Positions 1 through 16,669 of a stretch of DNA of 64,000 bases are shown here, in pieces (the first letter of the stretch is position 1; each line of letters opens with the position of its first letter). The position numbers and the translations under genes were made by a program. Origin of the DNA: the human T2T-CHM13v2.0 reference genome, Homo sapiens; the NCBI RefSeq assembly GCF_009914755.1, contig NC_060936.1; one strand, given 5' to 3'. The notes under the pieces are model-generated. The model was not told the origin of the DNA, searched no databases, and worked only from the letters and a program-made list of their open reading frames with translations.

Positions 1-320
1 TGTGACATTGTCGCTAGCAGAAATCAAAAATATTTTCATATTACATAAGTTGTTGCCAGCATCTCAAAATACTGTTTATGCTTATCACCATTTTGGAATT
101 ATGAGTTACTAAGTAATATCACTACACCTTGTTACCCAACAAGTTAATAAGTCCTTACTGTTCTAGCATACTTTAGTTTGATAACCATTATTCAGTATAA
201 TTGGCTTCTATCGTAATCCCATGTATTATGTTTTATGCATTTTTTTAAAAAAACATTCTAAAGGAGCCTAATAGGCTTTTCCAGACTGCTGAAGGGGACC
301 ACAGCAGAGTTCTGAAGCTT
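1..320. mobile_element. hAT-Charlie DNA transposon relic
   Basis: Resembles recalled Charlie1 end (taatcccatgtatt..ttttatgcattt..ccagactgc). Confidence 0.5.
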
Positions 321-574
321 TGTACCAGGTAGTTCATTGTGTGTACACCAAGCTTATCAATGCTTAATCTGTAAATCTGAAACTATTTTAAGGAAAGTGT
401 CTGGAAAGTTACCTTATACTTTTAAGAAGTCATTTGTATAATATTGTTTCTTGGCATATAATTTTCCAGATTTCTTGTCCAGTAGTACATGGAGTTAATG
501 AAGTATCAAACTTGATTAAAACTAGAATTACAATCTCTTATGTAGATTCCAAAATTTGTTTCTTCATCAATAGT

Positions 575-2265
575 GTTTTTATTTTATTGTAAGAACACTT
601 ACATGAGATATATACCATCTTAACAATTTTTACGTGCACAACACAGTATTATTAATTATAGGGACAGTGATGTGCCTATAAAATATAGGTGGATCTCCAG
701 AACATATTCATCTTGCATAACTAAGACTTTATACCCACTGATTAGCAATTCCCATTTCCCACAGCCCCCATCTCCTAGAAACTACCATTCTACTCTCTGA
801 TTCTGTGAATTTGACTACTTTAGATACCTAATATAAGTGGAATCATGCAGTTATCTCTCTTTTTGTGACTGGCTGTTTCACACAATGTCCTTTAGGTTCA
901 TCCATGTTGTTACATATGGCAGGATTTCGCAATTTTTTAAGGCTGAATAACATGCCACTGTATGTATATATCACATTTTCTTTATGCATTAATCCACTGA
1001 TAGATTCATTGGGGCTATTTTCACATTGTAAGTGCTACAGTTAACATGGGAATGCTAATATGTCTTTGAGATGCTGATTCCAATTCTTTTAGATAAATAC
1101 CCAGAAGTGGGATTGCTGGATTATATGGTAGTCCTATTTTTAATTTTTTGAAGAAACATCTTACTATTTTCTATAGTGGCTATACACCATTTTGCATTTC
1201 CATCAGTTGTGTAGCAGGGTTCCAGTTTTTCCACAATGTCACCAACACTTGCTGTCTTTCATTTTTTTGTAATAGCCATTCTAACAGGTGTGAGGTGATA
1301 TCTCATTGTGGTTTTGATTTGCATTTCCCTTATGATTAGTGATGTTTGTTTTTTCATACACCTGTTAACCATTTGTATTTGGAGAAGTCTATTCAAGTCT
1401 TTACCCCATTTTCTAATCAAGTTATTAAGTTTTTTGCTATTGAATTAGAGGAGTTTTTTTATATGTTAGAAATTAACCCCTTATCAGATAAATGGTTTGC
1501 AAATATTTTCTCCCATTCTTTAGCTATTCCAGAGGTTGCCTTTCTGCTCTGTTGATTGCTTACTTTATGGTGCAGAAGCTTCTTAATTCAATGTAGCCCC
1601 ACTAATGTAGCTTTTCGTGATATCAATGAAATCATTTCAAAGACCAGCATCTTGAAGCTTTTCTCCTATGTTTTCTTCTAGTTTTGCAGTTTGGAGACTT
1701 ACATATAAAGTCTTTAATACATTGAGTTGATTTTTGTGTAAGATAAGGGTCTCGTTTTCTTTTGCACGTAGATATCCAGTTTTACCAGCACCATTATTGG
1801 AGAGATTATTGTTCCCCATTGTGTATTCTTAGTACCCTTGTTGAAGATCAGTTGACTGTATACAGGAGTTGATTTTCAAATTCTATTTTGTTCCATTGGT
1901 TTATATGTCTGTCTTAAAAGAGAGAGGGTCTCACTCTGTTGTCCAGACTCAAGTGCAGTGGCACCATCATAGTTCACAGCAACTACAAACGCCTGGACTC
2001 AAAGAATCCTTCTGCCTCTGCCTCCCAAGTAGCTAGGATATATGTCTGTCTTTTGCTAGTACCATACTGTTTTCACACTGTAATATTAAAATATATTTTG
2101 AAATCTGGAAGTGTGGTACATCCAGCTTTGCTCTTTCTCTGGATTGTTTTGGCTATTCAGGGCCTTTTGTGATTCCATGTAAATTCTAGTTTTGTTTTTT
2201 CTATTTCTATAAAATATGCTCTTGGAACTCTTATACGGATTGCCTTGAATCTGTACGTCACTTTG
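575..2265 (-). mobile_element. Old L1 (L1M) 3' portion; resumes at about 4000-4060 after the retrocopy
   Basis: Typical antisense L1 text (atacccagaagtgggattgctgg, gttttgatttgcatttccc); half-Alu at about 1922-2038 with TSD tatatgtctgtctt. Confidence 0.85.
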
Positions 2266-2304
2266 TTTTTTATTTTTGGAATGATTAAGAAGCTTTTTAA
2301 AATT

Positions 2305-2605
2305 TTTTAAATTTATTTTTATTTTTTTTGAGATGGAGTCTCGCTTTAGTGCCCAGGCTGGAGTGCAGAGGCACGATCTTGGCTCATTGCATGCAACCTC
2401 CGCCTCCCAGGTTCAAGTGATTCTGGTGGCTCAGCTTCCTGAGTAGCTGGGATTACAGGCAGGCACCACCATGCCTAGCTAATTTTTGTTTTTGCTTTTT
2501 TTTTTAGTAGAGACCAGGCTGGTCTCAAACTCCTAACCTCAGTGATCTTCCCACCTTGGCCTCCTAAAGTCCCAGGATTACGGGCGTGAGCCACCTTGCC
2601 TGGCC
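2305..2605 (-). mobile_element. Alu
   Basis: Alu consensus; TSD attaagaagc. Confidence 0.92.
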
Positions 2606-2749
2606 ATTAAGAAGCATTTTGTTGACCTGATGGAACAGGGATATTCATTTAGCAGCTCAGTTTTATATACTCTTTCCCCTGTGTCATTTTACATAATGTG
2701 TAAAGTGGGGGGGGGACCCTTTTATTGCAAAGACATTTCCAGAGTCGTC

Positions 2750-3058
<309 letters not shown>

Positions 3059-3425
3059 CAGAACCAGGGGCTTTTCTGTGACCAAGGTAACCCCATATCA
3101 ATTACCCTAGCCCATAGTGTCCTTGGACCTTACTGCTAGGCACTGGCTTTCAGTGTTGCTTTGTACTTCCCTGTCGTCTCCTAATGCCATTAGGCCTGGA
3201 TAGGGCACCTGCCCTTTAACTTCACAGGTAGATTCCCATCAGAACTACTTTGAAGGCCAAAATGAGCTGGGTGAGAGAGCTGCTTTTTCTCCTGCTCTCC
3301 TTTCTTGTGTCCTCATTCTTCCCCACGATTTTTTTGATGTGTTCCATAATCTCCTTATTCATCTTGATTTCTATATCCACCAGGACCTGCTCTTCATAAT
3401 ATAAATAGAATTGTAGGAAGGGTAA

Positions 3426-4381
<956 letters not shown>

Positions 4382-5029
4382 TCAATGGTGTTTTTTTGAA
4401 GTTTTTATAATGCTGTTTTTTTCAAAAATAAAGATTTCACATGAGTTTAAAAAATGAATTTAACTCATTTTTAATGAATTTGTGATCTCTTATTTCACAG
4501 TATACCACCTTTAGAGATATTAATGACTTTCTTGGTTATCATTTGATATGTAAATAAACTCATATTTTAATGAAAATAATAAATTACTATTCTTGTGATC
4601 TTAGTGCTCATCAAAAGTAGAACTTAGACCATTCAGTTTACAGCTAATCTTCCAGATTGCTAAATGAAATAAAATTATTTTTCTATTTAGTAATTCATTA
4701 TGAAAGATAAGGAACCTCAGTTTTCCCTTTTTCATATGCCTTATGTCTGACAACACATTTTGCACAATATTCTCTATTAGAATTTTCTTTTCTTTTGGTC
4801 TAGCTCTGTTTGGTTATCCCTCTTACTAGATGTGAGCAGCCGTAGCAATGTAGTTTTTGTCCCATTCACTCCTCTCAGGCATGAATCCACCTTGTCTAGG
4901 AGAGCTATGTTCTCAAAAGTGAAAGCAGCCTGTTTGACAAGTACTGACATTTGAAAATGCTATAAACCTCTTGTGGTGAGATACTGTTTGAATTAATCTT
5001 GATAAGTTAAATACCATGAATTTGAAGCA

Positions 5030-5435
5030 ACCTTAAATTCCTTTGACAGATAAATGGATAAACAAAATATGGTATATACATACAATAGAATATTAAGCCT
5101 GATTTATAAAATAATCCTGTCATATGCTATAATGTGGATGAACCTAGAGGACATTATGCTAAATGAAATAAGGCAGTTATTAAAAGACAATGCTCTATGA
5201 TTCCATTTGTTTGAGATATCTAAAGTAGACTCACCAAAGCAGAAAGTGGTGGTTGCCAGGGGCTGGAGTAGGGGAAAATGGGGAGTTCTTCAGTTAAGAG
5301 GCAAAAAGCAAGCTTGTTTTGCAAGATGCAAAAGTTCTAGAAACCTGTTGTACAACAGTGTGCATGTAGTTAATGCTTACTGTACTGTACATGTAAAAGT
5401 GGTTAAGGTGATAAGTTTTAAGTGTTTTTAACTAC
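5030..5435 (+). mobile_element. L1M 3' end fragment
   Basis: aatggataaacaaaat..ggatgaacctagaggacattatgctaaatgaaataag. Confidence 0.8.
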
Positions 5436-5452
5436 AGCTTTTTTAAAAAAAG

Positions 5453-5628
5453 AGCTGGGCACAGTGACTTATGCCTGTAATTCCAGCTTCTTGGGAGGCT
5501 GAGGTGGGAGTGTCCCTTGAGCCTAGGAGTTGGAGGCTACAGTGAGCTATGATCACACCACTGTACTCCAGCCTAGATGACAGAGCAAGACCATCTCTTA
5601 AAAAAAAAAAAAAATTAAAAAAAAAAAA
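5453..5628 (+). mobile_element. Alu monomer
   Basis: Single-arm Alu with A tail. Confidence 0.85.
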
Positions 5629-5700
5629 CTGGATACGAATTACAATGGATTTAATACAAATACATTTGTTCTTTTTCTCCCTCTTTTCCCCACCCCCCAG

Positions 5701-5757
5701 GAGTTTTGTCAAGCGCTTCAGCAGCCTGATGCTAAAGTTTTTAAAAATTACTTAAAG
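5701..5757 (+). CDS. XPOT: Exportin-T penultimate coding exon ([19 protein letters not shown])
   Basis: Pyrimidine tract + CAG acceptor at 5700, donor AAG|GTAGGT; peptide matches recalled XPOT C-terminus and joins in frame to the exon at 8731. Confidence 0.93.
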
Positions 5758-7524
5758 GTAGGTATTTTTGAAGCTCACGTATCTTCATACAATTAGGTAA
5801 TGTTTGAGAGCCAAGAGAGAATACATACCTGCAATTATAGATGTTTATGTGAAGTCCCTTTTAACTAAGCTCTTGAAAAAGAGTATAAGTTAGGTAAGCA
5901 CACTGAATGTGTACACCTTTGAGTATATTGGTGAGAAAATGCCAGTTTTCTTTTACAGTTTCATGATGTAATTAAATAGAAACTAGAGGGATTAGGAGAA
6001 TAAGAAATGTTCAAGAACAGTTGTCCAAATTAAGTTGAAAAGAAGGGGCTAAAAATATAAAAACAGAAGGATGAGATATTTGCTTATATCCTATTTTGAA
6101 ACATTTGAACTGTAAAACAGACAAAAAGGAGAATCCTCAGATTTGGGCCATCAAGCCTCCTTTTACATTTACGAAATTACTGATTTTTTTTTTTAACTCT
6201 GTAAATCAACAAAAAGTGTCACGTGTTTATTTGGTATTCATAGTTATAATTGAGTTCATGAGATGAAACTGTCTTGGTCTTACCTAGGTAGTCATTCATT
6301 TCATACATAATGACTGCTTTTTATGTACCAAGTACTACAGTAATGGCTGCAAATACAACTATGAGTAATTTTCCCTCCCCATAAGGAGCTCATGATCTAG
6401 AAATAAAGTTACAGTGTGACAAGGTGAATTATTTTTTATTATCTTCACTCAAATAATTTGAAGACAAAGCACTGTATTAAATTCAGTAGCAGGTAACTTA
6501 GTGTATCACCTGGTTCTTTTAGCAAAGACATTCAGTAGAATTTGTAAGTCAGAGGGCTTTGCGCAGTAAATAATTTAAGTGTGCCATCCTTTGACTGTGG
6601 TTCTAACATCTTCCCTTGTCAGTTTTTTCTTAGTTGTAGTTTGTCAGCTTAAACATCTCAGAGTTTTTGTGGAAGAATATTGAGGGCTTGTTTTTGTTTA
6701 TCATTGGGAACCCTCCCCTTCGCCATCCTCCCATAAAAAAGCAAAGTGCCTACAGGAGTAACCCCTGTTAAATAACTGATCAGTCAAACTGAATTTAAGG
6801 ACTCAGTCCTCACTATCTGTTAGAGGTGTCTGTAACAGTAGATCTAGGTACCCTATAGAAGGCTTGTTCTCCAGATGTGGTTATTTATCTGCATAGCATT
6901 TATAAAAAGTCTTCCTTCTGGGCCCAACTTCTCTTCAGTGATGACATTATCTTAGTGATCATAATTCTCAGTGTTAGCATTATTATTCTAGTTGGAAAAA
7001 ATGAATTTCATTCGTGTTCACTCCTCCCTTCACATCTGATTGATCCTCAGATCTTGCAGATTCTTTCCTCATCTTCTCTCTCTTCTGTCTCTGCTGCTCT
7101 GGTGTAGGCTGATGTTATCTTACTCTGATCTCTCTTCTCTTGTTCTAGCCAGGCTGATGTGTTTGAAAACTTCAAGCAGTCCTTTGATATTTATTCACCT
7201 TCCTCATAACCTTCCTGAACAAATTCATGTTTCTCAGTTTGGCACTTAATTTTTTTTTTTTTTCATATTCTGCCCTGAGACTACCTTTCTGTTTTTTCTT
7301 GCAGAAATGGTCTTTACTGTTCTTGTAGTTCTTCAAAAATCCTGCCTTACTAGCAGCCCAACTTCTGTATGAACTGTACCCATTTCTCTAGGTTTGCCTT
7401 AAGCACAGCCTCCTTGTAAGGTTTTCTTTTGCCTATATAGTGATCATTCTTTCCCCTGCACATAGTAGATTATCTATTAAATGAATCTCCTAGGTACTAG
7501 GGCACTATCAATACTGTTCTTGTC

Positions 7525-7886
7525 TGTATTAGTCCATTTTCACGCTGCTGATAAAGACATACCCGAGACTGGGCAATTTACAAAATAGCTTTATTGGATT
7601 TACAGTTCCACATGGCAGGGGAGGCTTCACAATCATGTCGGAAGGCAAGGAGGAGCAGGTCACATCTTACGTGGATGGCAGCAGGCAAAGAGAGAGCTTG
7701 TGCAGGGAGACTCCCATTTTTAAAACCATCAGATCTTGTGAGACCCATTTACTATCAGGAAAACAACATGGGAAAGACCTGCCCCCATGATTCAATCATC
7801 TCCCACCCGGTCCTTCCCACAACACATAGGAATTATGGGAGCTACAAGATGAGATCTGCGTGGGGACACAGGGTCAAACCATATCA
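7525..7886 (-). mobile_element. THE1 (ERVL-MaLR) solo LTR
   Basis: TG...CA ends, 362 bp, 5-bp TSD TTGTC (7520-7524, 7887-7891), recalled THE1 text. Confidence 0.92.
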
Positions 7887-8085
7887 TTGTCCTTACTGAG
7901 AACACTGAATTATGTCTGGTGCTCACCTGACCTGCCATGGATGGCAGCATGTAGTACTAGGCCATGCCTAGCACAGCCTCTAGCCAACTCCTTTGTAGTC
8001 TCAAATTTTGACTTGGAAGTACTTTTGAATCATCAAATAAATAGTAAATTCCTTACAGAGTTAGAACTGCTATGTTTAGCTTTGA

Positions 8086-8386
<301 letters not shown>

Positions 8387-8730
8387 CTCAATATTTAATT
8401 TACCAGTGTTAATTTGGAAATAGTACCAATCAGTAAAAAGGTGTCAAGAGCTTGTTTTCTTCTGACCACTTGATTTCTATAGCATAGAGATAACACCATA
8501 TTTTCACTACTTCCCCAGTTGGGTGATGTCAGCATAAGTTATATCTACACTTACCAAACTCTCCAGAACAGAAAGTTCTTAGCTTGGATTACATACGGAT
8601 ATATAAGGCATGCGAAATGTTCTAATGTTACAGAAGAACATTGCTAGCACTCAGATACTTGGAGCCATTCTTCAGGTGAAAGTGATATCTTCTGACATTA
8701 GTATTGATTGCATTAATACTTTATTTACAG

Positions 8731-8757
8731 GTGTTCTTCCAGAGAGCAAAGCCCTGA
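8731..8757 (+). CDS. XPOT: Exportin-T last coding segment (VFFQRAKP*)
   Basis: Acceptor ttatttacag|, TGA at 8755-8757; recalled XPOT C-terminal residues. Confidence 0.93.
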   Translation: MFFQRAKP

Positions 8758-9289
8758 GGACTGGATTTCCCTGTGCCTACTTCATGATCATGAATTCCAG
8801 TTAATTTATAAAGAGGCGATTTTTGTGTGCCATTCACACTGGTCTTTTTCACATTGTTTTGAGCTTATTGCAGTATATGTTTTGGGATTTTTCTGTAAAA
8901 TGGGTGTAATTTTCCTAATACAGGTATGTAACAACAAAAGAAGTTGCCTGCATGCCGGTCCAAATTGTTCTGTATAAAGATGCTCTTAAAAGACACAAGA
9001 GTTATCCTAGAACCTTAATTCTTTTTTATTTGAAATTTTAAGTCAAGTCCTTTATAAAGACCATAGCAGTGGAAAACAGTGTACTTTTTAAAAAATTGCT
9101 GAATATAAAATCTTTGAAAATTTTCTTTATGTGTGAAGACACAAAGTATGGGGGAAGACAGCAATCAAAACTAACTTTTTGTAGATAGCCATTTCATTTC
9201 TTTAAACTGTTTCAACGCCAATATGTATTCTACAAAAGAGAATGGTTTTAGGCTCCAGTGTTATACTTTTTTTTATATATATATATAAA

Positions 9290-9295
9290 AATAAA
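9290..9295 (+). terminator. Proximal XPOT polyadenylation signal
   Basis: First AATAAA after the XPOT stop, with U-rich downstream sequence. Confidence 0.65.
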
Positions 9296-9511
9296 CTTTA
9301 CGTAGTGAAATCTTCCAAGTCTTTTCTGGAATTATTATAAATACTTTAGTTTTATTTTCTCATCTTAATCTCTCCATAATTTCCCATTTAAAGGTTTACA
9401 AATATGAGTGTGTGGATGCTTTAATTCATTTAACCTCACTCCTCAAAGGTAACATGCAACTTAGTTCTGTTATATGAGAGTCTTTTTCTTTAATGTACTG
9501 GAAAAAGCCTA

Positions 9512-9853
<342 letters not shown>

Positions 9854-10479
9854 TTATTTTCTAACTCTTTTATTGGATGTATTTAGAACACAGTATACCT
9901 ATAGTATACCTATGTGTTTATTATGTTTGTAAATGGTAACTGACATTTAATTATTAGAAGTACTTACCCCTGCCTTCCTCCATTTTTATTCATGGCTACT
10001 TGAGAAAGCAAAAGGAAAAAATAATAGTTATCAGTAGTGTCACTGGAAAGAAGAGAGGAGGGACAAAACTGAGCAGCAGAATTCGTATAGACATTTACGT
10101 TTAAATTCTAAAAGCCCAATTGAGATGTTCAGGGAGGGTTTGTTTTGCCCTTTGGCCTCATGAATGGGTTTCATGAATGGGCTTCAGTGGCTTATAAACT
10201 CTGTAAAATTCTATTCTAAATTTTGTACATTTATTTTGTTCCGGTTAATTCCAGAAGACATTTCAAACATTTTTCTTACACCATATAATAAAAATACTTA
10301 ACTAAATTGACAGTTATAAAAATAAATCAGTGAAATGTACCTTATACTTTAATAAAAAATGTTTTCAGAAATAGATAAGTGAAAGCTGAGTGTTTCTTTG
10401 ATAGGTTCCCCTGTACTATAGGAGTGATAATTGCAGCTATTGCAATAGTAGTAATTGTTAAATGGATACTAATGAATAG

Positions 10480-10720
10480 CATAGCATAGTGGGTAAGAGT
10501 TTATATAGCACAGGCTCTAGAATCAGATTAAGTAGGTTCAAATACCAGTTCTGCCAGTAACTGGTTTTAGAACCTTGGGCAAGTTAAAGAATGTCTCCCA
10601 GCCTCAGTTTCCCTATTTGTAAAATGGAAATAATGGTAGCTACCTCAAACCTCATTACGAATTCAATGAGTTAAACTTGAAAAGACTTATTACAGTAGCT
10701 GGCACATAAAGACTTGATAG
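10480..10720 (+). mobile_element. MIR
   Basis: MIR core ccttgggcaagt..cctcagtttccctatttgtaaaatgg. Confidence 0.8.
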
Positions 10721-10780
10721 TAGTTTATATGGATGCTATCTCATATTAGCATATATGGAATTAATAGTGTATCACTATAC

Positions 10781-11070
10781 TTTTTTTTTCTTTTTTTTTT
10801 TTGAATAGAGATCAGTCTATCACCCAGGCTGGAGTGCAGTGGTGACATCATAGCTCACTGTAACTTCTCCCATACTCTACCAATCCTCCTGCCTCAGCAT
10901 CCAGACTAGCTGTGATTACAGGTGTGCACCACCACACCCAGCTACATTTTTTTTTGGTAGAGACAGGGTCTCACTATGTTACCCAGTCTGGTCTCAAACT
11001 CCCGGCCTCAAGCAATCCTCCCACTGGCCTCACAATGTTGGGATTACAGGTATAAGCCACTGCACACGGC
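10781..11070 (-). mobile_element. AluJ
   Basis: Diverged Alu consensus with poly-T. Confidence 0.88.
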
Positions 11071-11727
11071 CTTACTATGCTATCAATTCCATATATGGAA
11101 AGGTGTTTTCCCTTTCAGAGCTCTTTAAAGCTCTGCAGAAGATTTACATGTGTTTATAGAGCTAAGAGAAATCAGGGCATGGAAATTGAGTGTGTAATAA
11201 AAATTAAACTCTTCATGTTATATAATCATGCATAACTTCTATCTTCATTCTCTGAAGTTGCCTAGAGCACCATCACAGCTAGGAAGCTTCCATCATGAAT
11301 TACCTTATTTCCAAAAGCAAGTACTCAAATAATTGTCTCAAGAGAGGAAGGACAAAACTGTTACAAGCTGAAATATTTGGGGATTTGTTTGACTTGACTA
11401 GGGAACCACAAGTTTTCATATAATGCCTGATTTAGCCCTGTGCCTAACAGTTTAAATCTTAATGCTAATGTTAATTGCTTCCCAGTTGGTTGACCTTATA
11501 AGAAAACACTGTGTGGTATTTTAATGTGGTAAACATGTGAATGAAGGCCTGTGGCTCAGTTAATCACTCCCACAACTTTGAGCTGTGAGTTTTACTGGTG
11601 GAAGGAACTTTAACAGGTCTTCGCTCTTGTCATTAGATATCAAAGAACTGAAATTAGTTGGAATTGTAAGCAGTGAATAGATGTGTTGTTAGAATGATTC
11701 CATCACTTATACATTGTTTAAAATGCT

Positions 11728-11733
11728 AATAAA
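11728..11733 (+). terminator. Distal XPOT polyadenylation signal
   Basis: AATAAA followed by U/GU-rich sequence, last before the TBK1 promoter. Confidence 0.5.
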
Positions 11734-12399
11734 GTAACTTGCTTTGTAAGAATTCATTAGAGTGGACTTTTGTTATCTCCATTGTGCATTTGATAAAACT
11801 GAGGCTTAGAGAGGTAAGAGATTAGCTTTTAAGTCAGTAATTGGCAGCCGAGACAGCAACCCTAGGTCTGTTACATTCAAAAGCCTCTGAGCCACTCCGC
11901 ATGACTTCCCATTCATTCGTGTTTGCTGCTGCTACTCTGGGAAACACCATCTTCCTCTTCCCCTCCACTCAGAAATTTAGCCCTAGATTAGCAGCGGTCT
12001 CTGCTCCCTCATGTTGAGAAAGGCCTGTTGTGCTGTCCGTGGGCAGAAGGGACCCCTTCAGAAAGCTATTCCTTATTGGGAATAGCGGCTTGAGATTTTG
12101 ACTGCACGAATATTGCAGGACCTAATTTTAGTATTTAAGTTTTAGTTCTTAAATTCTTAAGTTTAGAGTTAGATACTCCAATACGGCCGTTTTCCAAAAT
12201 ACCGAGAGGGAATTAAATGAACATTTTTACATTAAGAATTTAATGTATTTCTGGGTGATGGGAAAATGAAAAAAACAATGTAAAGTCTGAATTACTGCGA
12301 GACGATAATCTGGCTCCACTGCAGCCAAAGTGGGCCCTTAAAACATAGAATCCATCCCTCCCAGCTCTGCCGGCCGTCTGTGCCTGCCCCCCACGTGTC

Positions 12400-13250
12400 C
12401 CACGTTCTGCACACCTGTAAATCTTGGGATGTAATCCCTTGCTCAGCGTCGGTCCGCCCTACTGTCGGCCAGCGCTCGGGGAAGGGGCGGGATTTGCAGT
12501 TGCGGGAATCCCAATTACTGTGTTCGCTGCTCAGGGCTCCTCATTCCCCTTTAGAGTAAAGGGCGAGGGCAACAGTGGACGGGGTGTCTCCAGACATCCC
12601 CCTCATTACCGTGGCCGCGGAAGCCGACTCGGCAGTTGCCGCCGCGGCTGTGGTGACTACCAGACGGGCCATAGGCGTGCGCACGCGCACCCGCACCGGC
12701 GCGCCGGCCGTCGGTCACGTGGCCTCCGGCCAGGGCTTGCGAAGCCGGAAGTGTCCTGAGTCTCGAGGAGGCCGCGGGAGCCCGCCGGCGGTGGCGCGGC
12801 GGAGACCCGGCTGGGTAAGTGAGACGGCCGCGGGCTGAGGGGCCAAGGCGGCGCGGGGCGCGGTCGGTCAGGCCTGCGCCGCCCGGCGGGGAGCGCTCCC
12901 GCCCCCTGTGGGAGGCTGGGATGCTGAGTCAGAGCGGGGGCGGGGGCGGGCGCACCGAGAAGCCCCGGACGACCCGAGGCCAAGCCATCCAGGACCCCGG
13001 CTGCGTGGACACTGCCTCTGGGGTGTGTGTCGGGTGGCCGTAGCCGGTGGAATGGTCGCGCGGGCCCTGTTACCTGCATCCCCGCTCCGCGCCGCGCGGC
13101 CGGTCCTCGACCTGCATCCCGTCCGGCGGCTTTGGGCATAAAGAGGACGACTCCGTTACCGGGCCTGGGCCCTGGCTGCCTGGGGAGGCAGGGGCACCTC
13201 TTTCCCTTAGACTCGCTGTTTTCTACCCTCTTTCCGAGCGTCGACACAAC
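12400..13250. promoter_or_regulatory. TBK1: CpG island / TATA-less TBK1 promoter
   Basis: Only GC- and CpG-rich non-Alu block; GC box 12484, NRF1 motif TGCGCACGCGCA 12678-12689, E-box GTCACGTGG 12714-12722, ETS motif CCGGAAGTG 12745-12753. Confidence 0.92.
12747..12814 (+). other. TBK1: TBK1 exon 1 (5' UTR), start approximate
   Basis: Strong donor TGG|GTAAGT at 12814/12815 within the CpG island. Confidence 0.88.
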
Positions 13251-14781
13251 GGGCAGTTTTTAAATGTATTGATTTTTCAGAGGATTAAAAAGAGACGTTT
13301 CCTTAGAGTTTTAGTGATGTTCAGTCCGCAGAGGTTGACTCACACCGGAAATTAGAAGCATAAGATGTTTTAAATATATGCCGATGAAATACGAATTCCC
13401 AGACATTTCCTTGCTCCTCGTCTACCTGGCTTATGGGTTTAATTTGTAATCTCTATCCCAAGTATTCTTAGTAGGTGGCCTCAAAACAACTCCCAAGTAA
13501 TTGCCAAATGTATAACCAAAGACTGGTCTTTTCCACTCTGAAACCCCAGTGTATGAATCACATAGGGGCAGAGTTTAGAAATCCTGGAACTTTGTCCATA
13601 GGCCATGTCGTCAAACCTGTTTTCATCCCTCAACAAATAGTAACTTTCGTTTTGGACGGTGTAAGGAAGTAGGCTGAAGACGGCATCATCAGCAACATAG
13701 TTGTTGAGTGTCTGCTTATATGCTTGTCAAAAATTTGGGAAGATTTATATGGCAAGCACGTTGTGGGTGTGCTGAGTCATGTTTTAACATGTTATTGTGG
13801 AGTTATTGGAAGATAATTTCAAAAGACATTTCCCCTGACCACTATTGTGATTACTGTTAAATAGAAACCATAGTTTTGTATTTGCATAGAGAACAGATAT
13901 CTTAGCTGATAAATATTTTTCTTATTATCCTGAAGGTACATACATATAGGTACCTAATGGTACTATTTGCCATTTACAGTTACATTGATTAGGGAAGGTT
14001 TTTCGTTAGATAGTTGAGACGTTTGTTATTGTATCGTGAGTGAAATGTAATGACTGGCAAATGTGTATTCCTTATTTGTGAAAAGGGAATCTTATTTTTA
14101 TTGCTTATTTCCTATAGTCGTATATAAAGTTTATCTAAATTAGATGGGTAGTAAAATTATATAAAAATATCCTACTATATCAGTGATTGGTAAAATTGAG
14201 ACCCCTGACCATTCTGCATTTTCCTAACCCAGCTTGGGGATATTGGTGGTCATTAATTCATCACAGAATACCTAGTCTAGCATACTACTTTTTGCTTTAA
14301 CTTACTGTGGAGGGATATTAAAATCCATGTTTTAATGACAATACAGCAGGTTTAAGGGGGCATGGTGGGACTAGTGTTTATGTTATGTTAGCATACATCA
14401 ATTTTAGTCCAGTGTGGAGCTTGGATACTTTGTATACCTTGATAGATCCATAGCTTTTCAGTATTAAAGACTTGATAATACAGGCTACTTGGTACGTTTA
14501 TATATTTATACTTGGAGGTTGGAGAAACTATCCTTAAATTAATTCCAGAAGAGTTCGTAACTTTTCAGGAATAATAATTTTTGCACCTTTCCTTTATGTT
14601 TGTCAGGTTCTGTGTAGATTGTGTAGATAAAATTTTAGCTTATGGGAATATTATGCAGTGACAACATTTGTCTTCATTAGTGTTTCTCTGCTCTGAAGGA
14701 AACAAAGTAATTTTTCCTATATTTGTTATATTTTACATTATTACTTTTCTTTATTTTAAAACACCTTAAATTATGTCATAA

Positions 14782-15909
<1,128 letters not shown>

Positions 15910-16402
15910 TGAAACTTAGATTTTTTTTGTCATATTATTGTATTTTATTATAGTATGTATAGTGTATACTAACTTACAGGGAAAAAATGTAAACAAAATG
16001 AAGGTCATGGGGAAAATGGCATCTTGCTTTAATCTTCAACTTAAAGTTACTCTTAATAATCCATTTATACCATTATGTCAAATTTTAGTCATCCCTGCAG
16101 AATTTTAGACGAATGAAAACAGACAAGGTAACACCAAAGAGTTAAGCACAGAAAGTGATATTGATTAAAAAGTTGAAAGTAAAAATCTACATTGGCTAGA
16201 ACTGAACATTCAGATCCGTCTCTCCAGAGGAAAATCTAACTTGAATCATAATGGTTCATATTTTGACTTGTTCATACCATATCAGTTAGCAACTTATGAC
16301 TTGAAAATACTTTGAAACTTAAGATATTTATATTGAACTGTTTATACACTTCATGTCAGTAACAGATAATGGGTGATCTTACTTGAGACTAAAAACAGCT
16401 AA

Positions 16403-16669
<267 letters not shown>

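Noticed and set aside
9892-10184. Short tandem duplications (agtatacctat x2; tcatgaatggg x2)
   Set aside because: Ordinary slippage events
12424-13355. Long overlapping Arg/Gly/Pro-rich ORFs, including 196 aa on the minus strand
   Set aside because: Expected stop-codon scarcity in a CpG island; no recognisable domain
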